From the IMG/VR virus record IMGVR_UViG_3300027631_000012: a stretch of 64,000 bases of DNA, one strand, 5' to 3'. Below are positions 58,001 through 64,000 of this stretch, piece by piece (within the stretch, counting starts at the first letter, position 1; every line of letters starts with the position of its first letter). The notes beneath the pieces are model-generated. The model did not search any database. It was not told the origin of the DNA and worked only from the letters and a program-made list of their open reading frames with translations. This DNA comes from an uncultured virus (IMG/VR IMGVR_UViG_3300027631_000012). Taxonomy: Duplodnaviria > Heunggongvirae > Uroviricota > Caudoviricetes. Both the position numbers and the translations under genes were made by a program.

Positions 58001-61000
58001 TCATCAGGTACAAGTGGTTCATCAGGTACATCCGGATCATCAGGATCTTCAGGTACAAGTGGTTCTTCAGGGTCATCAGGAACTAGTGGATCATCAGGTA
58101 CATCCGGATCTTCAGGATCTAGTGGTACTTCTGGATCATCGGGATCTAGTGGTACAAGTGGATCTTCTGGATCATCAGGTACAAGTGGATCATCGGGTAC
58201 ATCAGGTAAGGCGGGATCAAGTGGTACTTCAGGATCATCAGGTACAAGTGGTTCATCAGGTTCGTCTGGTACATCAGGATCAAGTGGGTCTTCGGGAACT
58301 AGTGGTTCTTCAGGATCATCAGGTACAAGTGGTTCATCAGGGTCAAGTGGAACAAGTGGTTCAAGTGGATCTTCAGGAACTAGTGGTAGTTCAGGATCTA
58401 GTGGTACAAGTGGATCTTCTGGATCTTCTGGTACATCAGGATCAAGTGGAACTTCAGGATCATCAGGTACATCCGGATCTTCTGGTACAAGTGGTTCATC
58501 AGGGTCTAGTGGTACTTCTGGATCATCAGGATCATCCGGTACAAGTGGTAGTTCAGGATCATCCGGTACAAGTGGTAGTTCAGGATCATCCGGTACAAGT
58601 GGTTCTTCAGGTAGTTCAGGTACATCAGGATCAAGTGGTACTAGTGGATCATCTGGATCTAGCGGTACAAGTGGATCTTCAGGATCTAGTGGTACATCAG
58701 GATCTAGTGGATCAAGTGGAACTTCCGGTTCTTCAGGCTCATCAGGAACTTCCGGTTCTTCAGGCAGCTCAGGTACAAGTGGTTCGTCAGGATCAAGTGG
58801 TACATCAGGATCAAGTGGTACATCAGGATCATCCGGAACTTCCGGCTCATCCGGAACAAGTGGTTCGTCAGGATCTAGTGGAACTTCCGGTTCTTCTGGA
58901 TCTAGTGGTACAAGTGGTTCATCAGGATCTTCAGGTACATCAGGATCTAGTGGCACAAGTGGTTCATCAGGATCAAGCGGCACATCAGGGTCTTCGGGTA
59001 CATCAGGATCAAGTGGTACTAGTGGATCATCTGGATCTAGCGGTACATCAGGATCTAGTGGATCAAGTGGAACTTCCGGTTCTTCAGGCAGCTCAGGTAC
59101 AAGTGGCTCATCAGGATCATCAGGAACAAGTGGCTCATCGGGTAGCTCAGGTACATCAGGATCATCAGGATCAAGTGGTACTAGTGGATCATCAGGATCA
59201 AGTGGTACATCAGGTAGTTCAGGATCATCAGGTACAAGTGGATCTTCAGGATCATCCGGTACAAGTGGATCATCCGGAACAAGTGGATCATCAGGAACAA
59301 GTGGATCTTCAGGGTCATCCGGAACAAGTGGTAGTTCAGGATCAAGCGGTACATCAGGTAGCTCAGGATCTTCGGGCACAAGTGGATCTTCAGGATCATC
59401 CGGTACATCAGGATCAAGTGGAACTTCTGGTTCATCAGGTTCATCAGGAACAAGTGGTTCATCAGGTAGCTCAGGCACAAGTGGTTCGTCAGGATCAAGT
59501 GGTACATCAGGATCTTCAGGATCAAGCGGTACATCAGGATCAAGTGGAACATCAGGTAGTTCAGGATCATCAGGAACAAGTGGATCAAGCGGTACTTCTG
59601 GTAAAGCTGGATCTAGTGGATCATCAGGAACAAGTGGATCTTCAGGATCTAGTGGAACATCAGGATCTTCTGGATCATCCGGAACAAGTGGATCTTCAGG
59701 ATCATCGGGTACAAGTGGATCTTCAGGATCTTCAGGTACAAGTGGTTCATCAGGATCTTCAGGTACAAGTGGTTCATCAGGATCATCCGGAACAAGTGGA
59801 TCTTCAGGATCTAGTGGAACATCGGGTAAGGCAGGATCTAGTGGATCAAGTGGAACAAGTGGTTCGTCAGGTATTACTGGAGTTGGTAACTTCACACTTG
59901 AGTATACGGGTACAGATATTACTACTAGTGCTTTCGTTAGTCAGAATGTGACTATAATTCCAAATCCAGGATCTAGTGACTTTTTCACTATAAATGGTTC
60001 TTATTTTAGATTTTCTTTAACTGATAGATTTAGTAATAATATTTACCAAACTCTTGTAGACTTAAAGAGCATACTAGATACTTATGCCGGTCCTACTATA
60101 ATGATTAAGATTACTGATATTAATGATCCAAGTAAGTATAATTTTTATTCAGCTTCTTCTATTGGGTGGTCTCTTACATCAGGTAGTGGTATACAAACAG
60201 ATCATGTTTATTATAGTTCAGGAGCTGGTATAACTGACTTCTCAACTAATGATGTGGCTGTTACTTTCATAATACCTGGTCGAAATGGATCTTCTGGATC
60301 TAGTGGTACAAGTGGTTCATCAGGATCTTCAGGTACATCAGGATCTTCAGGTAGTTCAGGTACAAGTGGATCTAGTGGATCAAGTGGAACATCGGGTAAG
60401 GCAGGATCTAGTGGATCAAGTGGTACTAGTGGATCATCAGGATCATCAGGTACAAGTGGATCATCAGGATCTTCAGGAACTAGTGGATCTTCTGGATCTA
60501 GTGGCACAAGTGGATCTTCAGGATCATCAGGTACAAGTGGATCATCAGGATCTTCGGGAACTAGTGGATCATCAGGTTCATCAGGTACAAGTGGATCATC
60601 AGGTACATCTGGTCAATCTGGTATGGATGGATCCAACTCTGGTAGATGGTATTATAACTCAGGTGTTACTGCTCCGGCTGATCCAACTGTTACTAAATTT
60701 GCTATAAATGCTACTTTAGGAACTAATAGTTGGATTTCCATAAGTTCAGCTAATATAAATGGTACTAACTATACCAATTGGCTCGCGGCTTTAAATACCA
60801 TTTATACATCTGGTAACACTATTTATTTACAGTTATATGAAGTTGGTTCTACAAACATTATAGGTATCTGGACTGTTGATGCTACTGTTATTCAGTCATA
60901 TGGTATTGATATAAGAGTAACACCTCTTATAGCAAATGGTTCTTTAATTAATGGTAGAGCTTATACAATTTCATGGGTATTTAATGGAAAAAATGGTTCA

Positions 61001-61735
61001 TCAGGAACAAGTGGTTCTTCAGGTACAAGTGGATCATCCGGAACTTCTGGATCAAGTGGTACATCGGGATCAAGTGGTACATCGGGATCAAGTGGTACAT
61101 CCGGTACATCCGTTGCTGTAGCTGGTACAGGTGATGTATTTACTAAATTTACATCAGCAACTACAATTGGAGATACTTCATATGATGTTCATGAGATGCC
61201 TTCAGATGGTACTTTATCATTTGGACCAGCAACAGATGTTAGCGCTCTTACATATGGTCAGATAGCACATGCTAAAGATATTATAGCAATTCAAGGTGAT
61301 GCTCAAACCAATCAGATAATATTAAAGGGGTCGGTTCCTCCTACTGCGTGGGCGACTCTAACTTCGGATTCTGGTGGTGCTGCTCAAATTCAAATACCTG
61401 TTGGAGCGGCTTTATCTGGAGCAATTTCATTCCGAGTACAATTAGTTGCTATGGAGAACAGTGCTAGTTCTTATACTAGTCATTTAGTTTATGAAGGTCT
61501 CGCTAAAGCAACTCCTACAACAAGTTCTATAGTAAATGTCATGAATGCTAATCCGGCTGAAGAGATAATAGGATTACATAAGGCGCAATTTTCAACTACT
61601 GGATCGGGAACCGCTGGAGCTTTCTTGGTTATTGAGGTTCTTAACAATTCAGGTGCTGGTTCACCTTGGCCTCCTGCTCCGGGAAGACCAGCAAATGTAG
61701 TAGTTTATGTAAGATATACACAAACAGTATTTTAA
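52094..61735 (+). CDS. Giant Gly-X-Y repeat fibre protein D, 3213 aa
   Basis: N-terminal fibre-type domain (FNVTLPTAVG...SSQTIDG), about 2490 aa uninterrupted GSS/GTS tract, then C-terminal globular domains. Confidence 0.75.
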   Translation: MANEFVTRRGIISLGGITFPYAAVTGTYTIGQDDYFIDCTSGTFNVTLPTAVGIAGKIHVVKNSGNGVITVNTTSSQTIDGSLTKTLSQYASLYLESNGTDWVIGGISGSSGTSGSSGTSGSSGSSGTSGSSGSSGTSGSSGSSGTSGSSGSSGTSGSSGSSGSSGTSGSSGTSGSSGSSGTSGSSGTSGSSGSSGTSGSSGSSGTSGSSGTSGSSGSSGSSGTSGSSGSSGTSGTSGYSGVDGSSGTSGSSGSSGTSGSSGTSGLSGSSGTSGSSGTSGSSGSSGTSGSSGSSGTSGSSGSSGTSGSSGTSGSSGSSGTSGSSGSSGTSGSSGTSGSSGSSGTSGSSGSSGSSGTSGSSGSSGTSGSSGSSGTSGSSGTSGSSGSSGTSGSSGTSGSSGSSGTSGSSGSSGTSGSSGSSGTSGSSGSSGTSGSSGTSGSSGSSGTSGSSGSSGSSGTSGSSGSSGTSGSSGTSGSSGSSGTSGSSGSSGTSGSSGSSGTSGSSGSSGTSGSSGSSGTSGSSGSSGTSGSSGSSGTSGSSGSSGTSGSSGSSGTSGSSGSSGSSGTSGSSGTSGSSGTSGSSGSSGTSGSSGSSGTSGSSGSSGTSGSSGSSGTSGSSGTSGSSGTSGSSGTSGSSGTSGSSGTSGSSGSSGTSGSSGSSGTSGSSGTSGSSGSSGTSGSSGSSGTSGSSGSSGTSGSSGTSGSSGSSGTSGSSGTSGSSGSSGTSGSSGSSGTSGSSGTSGSSGSSGTSGSSGSSGTSGSSGSSGSSGTSGSSGSSGTSGSSGSSGTSGSSGSSGSSGTSGSSGSSGTSGSSGSSGTSGSSGTSGSSGTSGSSGSSGTSGSSGSSGTSGSSGSSGTSGSSGTSGSSGSSGTSGSSGSSGTSGSSGSSGTSGSSGSSGTSGSSGTSGSSGSSGTSGSSGSSGTSGSSGSSGSSGTSGSSGSSGTSGSSGSSGTSGSSGSSGSSGTSGSSGSSGTSGSSGSSGSSGTSGSSGSSGTSGSSGSSGTSGSSGSSGTSGKEGSSGSSGTSGSSGSSGTSGSSGSSGTSGSSGSSGTSGSSGSSGTSGSSGSSGTSGSSGSSGTSGSSGSSGTSGSSGSSGTSGSSGTSGSSGTSGSSGSSGTSGSSGSSGTSGSSGSSGTSGSSGTSGSSGTSGSSGSSGTSGSSGTSGSSGSSGTSGSSGTSGSSGSSGTSGSSGTSGSSGTSGSSGTSGSSGTSGSSGTSGSSGTSGSSGSSGSSGTSGSSGSSGTSGKEGSSGSSGTSGSSGSSGTSGSSGSSGTSGSSGTSGSSGSSGTSGSSGSSGTSGSSGSSGTSGSSGSSGTSGSSGTSGSSGSSGTSGSSGSSGTSGSSGSSGTSGSSGTSGSSGSSGTSGSSGSSGTSGSSGSSGTSGSSGSSGTSGSSGSSGTSGSSGSSGTSGSSGSSGTSGSSGSSGTSGSSGSSGTSGSSGSSGTSGSSGTSGSSGSSGTSGSSGTSGSSGTSGSSGSSGTSGSSGSSGTSGSSGSSGTSGSSGSSGTSGSSGSSGTSGKEGSSGSSGTSGSSGSSGTSGSSGSSGTSGSSGSSGTSGSSGTSGSSGSSGTSGSSGTSGSSGTSGSSGSSGTSGSSGSSGTSGSSGSSGTSGSSGTSGSSGSSGTSGSSGTSGSSGSSGTSGKSGSSGSSGTSGTSGLSGIDGTNGTGGTSGSSGTSGSSGSSGTSGSSGSSGTSGSSGSSGTSGSSGSSGTSGSSGSSGTSGSSGTSGKAGSSGTSGSSGTSGSSGSSGTSGSSGTSGSSGSSGTSGSSGTSGSSGSSGTSGSSGTSGSSGSSGTSGSSGTSGSSGSSGTSGSSGSSGTSGSSGSSGTSGSSGSSGTSGSSGTSGSSGSSGTSGSSGSSGTSGSSGSSGTSGSSGSSGTSGSSGSSGTSGSSGSSGSSGTSGSSGSSGTSGSSGSSGTSGSSGTSGSSGTSGSSGSSGTSGSSGSSGTSGSSGSSGTSGSSGTSGSSGSSGTSGSSGTSGSSGSSGTSGSSGSSGTSGSSGTSGSSGSSGTSGSSGSSGTSGSSGSSGTSGSSGTSGKAGSSGTSGSSGTSGSSGSSGTSGSSGSSGTSGSSGSSGTSGSSGSSGTSGSSGSSGTSGSSGSSGTSGSSGSSGTSGSSGTSGSSGTSGSSGTSGSSGSSGTSGSSGSSGTSGSSGSSGTSGSSGSSGTSGSSGSSGTSGSSGTSGSSGSSGTSGSSGSSGTSGSSGSSGTSGSSGSSGTSGSSGSSGTSGSSGSSGTSGSSGTSGSSGTSGSSGTSGSSGSSGTSGSSGSSGTSGSSGSSGTSGSSGTSGSSGSSGTSGSSGTSGSSGTSGSSGSSGTSGSSGSSGTSGSSGSSGTSGSSGSSGTSGSSGSSGTSGSSGSSGTSGSSGSSGTSGSSGSSGTSGSSGSSGTSGSSGTSGSSGTSGSSGSSGTSGSSGSSGTSGSSGSSGTSGSSGSSGTSGSSGTSGSSGSSGTSGSSGSSGTSGSSGSSGTSGSSGSSGTSGSSGTSGSSGSSGTSGSSGTSGKAGSSGSSGTSGSSGSSGTSGSSGSSGTSGSSGSSGTSGSSGSSGTSGSSGSSGTSGSSGSSGTSGSSGSSGTSGKAGSSGSSGTSGSSGITGVGNFTLEYTGTDITTSAFVSQNVTIIPNPGSSDFFTINGSYFRFSLTDRFSNNIYQTLVDLKSILDTYAGPTIMIKITDINDPSKYNFYSASSIGWSLTSGSGIQTDHVYYSSGAGITDFSTNDVAVTFIIPGRNGSSGSSGTSGSSGSSGTSGSSGSSGTSGSSGSSGTSGKAGSSGSSGTSGSSGSSGTSGSSGSSGTSGSSGSSGTSGSSGSSGTSGSSGSSGTSGSSGSSGTSGSSGTSGQSGMDGSNSGRWYYNSGVTAPADPTVTKFAINATLGTNSWISISSANINGTNYTNWLAALNTIYTSGNTIYLQLYEVGSTNIIGIWTVDATVIQSYGIDIRVTPLIANGSLINGRAYTISWVFNGKNGSSGTSGSSGTSGSSGTSGSSGTSGSSGTSGSSGTSGTSVAVAGTGDVFTKFTSATTIGDTSYDVHEMPSDGTLSFGPATDVSALTYGQIAHAKDIIAIQGDAQTNQIILKGSVPPTAWATLTSDSGGAAQIQIPVGAALSGAISFRVQLVAMENSASSYTSHLVYEGLAKATPTTSSIVNVMNANPAEEIIGLHKAQFSTTGSGTAGAFLVIEVLNNSGAGSPWPPAPGRPANVVVYVRYTQTVF
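52414..61108 (+). repeat. Degenerate 9-nt-unit coding repeat (GSS/GTS), three tracts
   Basis: Tracts at about 52414-59873, 60287-60625 and 60995-61108. Confidence 0.95.
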
Positions 61736-61757
61736 TAGTATTTACTTTACTTTAATT

Positions 61758-61800
61758 TAATTAACCAATCTCAATTATTTGAGGTTGGTTAATTATTTTT
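61758..61800 (+). terminator. Long hairpin/terminator after protein D
   Basis: TAATTAACCAATCTCAA-TTAT-TTGAGGTTGGTTAATTA followed by TTTTT. Confidence 0.7.
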
Positions 61801-61921
61801 TAAATAAACCACTAATTTCCATTTTTTATTGAAGATAATGTGATATTACTCTTTAATATTAAAATATATAACTATGGAAATTAATATATAGAATTATATA
61901 GAAAAAATTAAAAGAACCTGA

Positions 61922-64000
61922 ATGTCAAAATATATAATCAGTAATAGTGATGGTGTAGAATTTATCACGGGAACCGGACCTAATAATAAAGGATTAAACA
62001 TACCAGTAGTCGCTAACGCTACTACACATACTACATCTGGTATAGAAACTGGAGCAGTAATATTTGATGATTTAACAAAACAAATTTTCAGATTTACAGG
62101 AACTGCTTGGTTGTCTGGTGCTGGTACATCCGGAACTAGCGGTACAAGTGGAACTAGTGGTAGTTCAGGATCAAGTGGGTCTTCGGGATCATCAGGATCT
62201 TCCGGGTCTAGTGGTACTTCTGGTAAAGATGGATCATCTGGAACTTCCGGATCTAGCGGCTCTTCCGGATCTAGCGGTAGTTCAGGTACATCAGGATCAT
62301 CAGGTTCTTCAGGTACAAGTGGATCATCAGGATCAAGCGGATCAAGCGGATCAAGCGGATCATCAGGTAGTTCAGGTACATCAGGATCAAGTGGTTCTTC
62401 TGGATCATCAGGATCAAGCGGATCTTCAGGATCAAGTGGCTCTTCTGGTACATCAGGTAAAGCAGGATCAAGTGGTACTAGTGGCTCTTCAGGATCAAGT
62501 GGTACATCAGGATCATCAGGTAGTTCAGGATCAAGCGGGTCAAGTGGTACATCCGGATCAAGTGGATCATCAGGTTCTTCGGGTTCTTCGGGTTCTTCGG
62601 GTTCTTCCGGATCAAGTGGTTCAAGTGGATCATCAGGTACAAGTGGTTCTTCTGGATCAAGTGGATCATCTGGATCAAGCGGATCTTCAGGTACATCAGG
62701 ATCAAGTGGTTCTAGTGGAACTTCAGGGTCGTCGGGATCAAGCGGATCATCAGGAAGTTCAGGATCATCAGGATCAAGTGGATCTTCAGGCACAAGTGGT
62801 TCTTCCGGATCATCAGGAAGTTCAGGATCAAGTGGATCATCTGGTACAAGTGGATCTTCAGGCACATCAGGAAGTTCAGGATCATCAGGATCAAGTGGTA
62901 CATCAGGAAGTTCAGGATCAAGCGGATCAAGCGGATCATCAGGTAGTTCAGGTACATCAGGATCAAGTGGATCTTCCGGTACATCAGGATCAAGTGGATC
63001 AAGTGGATCAAGTGGTTCATCAGGAACATCAGGTAAAGCAGGATCAAGTGGTACATCAGGGTCAAGTGGGTCAAGTGGTTCAAGTGGTACATCAGGATCA
63101 AGTGGGTCAAGTGGATCAAGTGGTACATCAGGATCTTCAGGCTCATCAGGATCTTCAGGATCGTCAGGATCAAGTGGAAGTTCAGGTACATCCGGATCAA
63201 GTGGAACATCCGGATCAAGTGGATCTTCTGGTACATCAGGATCAAGTGGTTCTAGTGGATCAAGTGGTAGTTCAGGAACATCAGGATCAAGTGGATCATC
63301 TGGATCTAGTGGTAGTTCAGGAACATCAGGATCAAGTGGAACTTCAGGTTCGTCGGGATCAAGCGGTAGTTCAGGATCTAGTGGATCATCAGGATCATCA
63401 GGCACATCAGGATCAAGCGGTTCATCGGGTTCTAGTGGATCAAGTGGTACTTCAGGGTCGTCAGGATCAAGCGGATCATCAGGTAGTTCAGGTACATCAG
63501 GATCAAGCGGTTCATCAGGTACATCAGGTAAAGCAGGATCTTCGGGTACAAGTGGATCTTCAGGATCTTCAGGTACATCAGGAAGTTCAGGATCAAGTGG
63601 ATCTAGTGGTACAAGTGGATCAAGTGGTAGTTCAGGATCAAGCGGATCATCAGGATCATCAGGGTCAAGTGGTACATCAGGATCTTCTGGATCTAGTGGG
63701 TCTTCAGGATCTTCAGGATCAAGTGGTACATCAGGATCAAGCGGTTCTAGTGGTACATCAGGATCAAGTGGTTCATCGGGGTCAAGCGGTTCAAGCGGAT
63801 CATCAGGCACTTCAGGATCTTCGGGATCAAGTGGCTCATCTGGTACATCAGGTTCTTCGGGATCAAGTGGATCATCAGGATCCTCAGGTACAAGTGGTTC
63901 TAGTGGATCTTCAGGATCTTCAGGTACATCAGGATCAAGTGGTTCTTCAGGATCAAGTGGATCAAGTGGTACTTCAGGTTCATCAGGATCAAGTGGATCA
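61922..64000 (+). CDS. Third Gly-X-Y repeat fibre protein E (3'-truncated; absent from ORF track)
   Basis: ATG 61922 MSKYIISNSDGVEFITG...FTGTAWLSGAGTSGTSG..., open to the window end; TAATATATA 61882-61890. Confidence 0.8.
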   Translation, partial: MSKYIISNSDGVEFITGTGPNNKGLNIPVVANATTHTTSGIETGAVIFDDLTKQIFRFTGTAWLSGAGTSGTSGTSGTSGSSGSSGSSGSSGSSGSSGTSGKDGSSGTSGSSGSSGSSGSSGTSGSSGSSGTSGSSGSSGSSGSSGSSGSSGTSGSSGSSGSSGSSGSSGSSGSSGTSGKAGSSGTSGSSGSSGTSGSSGSSGSSGSSGTSGSSGSSGSSGSSGSSGSSGSSGSSGSSGTSGSSGSSGSSGSSGSSGTSGSSGSSGTSGSSGSSGSSGSSGSSGSSGSSGTSGSSGSSGSSGSSGSSGTSGSSGTSGSSGSSGSSGTSGSSGSSGSSGSSGSSGTSGSSGSSGTSGSSGSSGSSGSSGTSGKAGSSGTSGSSGSSGSSGTSGSSGSSGSSGTSGSSGSSGSSGSSGSSGSSGTSGSSGTSGSSGSSGTSGSSGSSGSSGSSGTSGSSGSSGSSGSSGTSGSSGTSGSSGSSGSSGSSGSSGSSGTSGSSGSSGSSGSSGTSGSSGSSGSSGSSGTSGSSGSSGTSGKAGSSGTSGSSGSSGTSGSSGSSGSSGTSGSSGSSGSSGSSGSSGSSGTSGSSGSSGSSGSSGSSGTSGSSGSSGTSGSSGSSGSSGSSGSSGTSGSSGSSGSSGTSGSSGSSGSSGSSGTSGSSGSSGSSGTSGSSGSSGSSGSSGTSGSSGSSGS
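62123..64000 (+). repeat. GSS-rich Gly-X-Y coding repeat
   Basis: Continuous GSS/GTS triplets with occasional GKA/GKD. Confidence 0.95.

Noticed and set aside
45775..60707. Alternative-frame ORFs of VVQVDHQD and MIHLYLK type (e.g. 52404-57068, 57069-59951)
   Set aside because: Frame-shifted shadows of the same low-complexity repeat
45716..63810. Long minus-strand ORFs of PLVPEDPD type (e.g. 52807-59895, 47114-49732, 61894-63810)
   Set aside because: Antisense shadows of Gly-Ser-Thr codons (every GGN reads as Pro in that antisense frame); they start and stop with the repeat and have no unique domains
45847..64000. Repeat region as a CRISPR array or non-coding satellite
   Set aside because: No constant repeat with unique spacers; variation is synonymous within one reading frame, so it is protein-coding
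45847..64000. Very high GATC density as a methylation-related signal
   Set aside because: Explained by GGA-TCN (Gly-Ser) codon pairs
1..64000. Stop-codon reassignment, as seen in some large phages
   Set aside because: Recognisable genes are full length and densely packed under the standard code

Overview
AT-rich, gene-dense 64 kb segment of a large (jumbo/huge) T4-like myovirus genome, probably infecting Bacteroidota. The host call rests on TAnnTTTG promoter boxes, DUF6576-like motifs and a Bacteroidota-style lipoprotein. 1-5.8 kb holds baseplate genes (tail lysozyme, gp5-like hub). 5.9-37.2 kb mixes replication genes (gp61-like primase, C-terminal half of a split family B polymerase, clamp-like, UvsY-like), host-takeover and metabolic genes (ClpP, IF3, NadV, NadM-Nudix, a PLP aminotransferase, PPK2, MTase, nucleotidyltransferase) and lysis genes. 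It also contains about 13 unrelated proteins sharing a T4 capsid-targeting-like N-terminal leader. 37.2-64 kb is a fibre cluster of mosaic paralogues and three giant proline-free Gly-Ser-Ser/Gly-Thr-Ser triplet-repeat proteins. The most notable signals are: the leader-tagged putative virion cargo (including PPK2, a HAD, a zincin and a nuclease) linked to a TAATATATA motif; a second shared C-terminal R-D-x-K-I-D-x-I-L tag; an NAD salvage locus with an inserted aminotransferase and degenerate Nudix box; a Cys-to-Ser L,D-transpeptidase-like domain in the hub protein; and the giant Gly-X-Y fibres. All assignments come from motif recognition by eye; no searches were run. No tRNA, rRNA or CRISPR array was seen.
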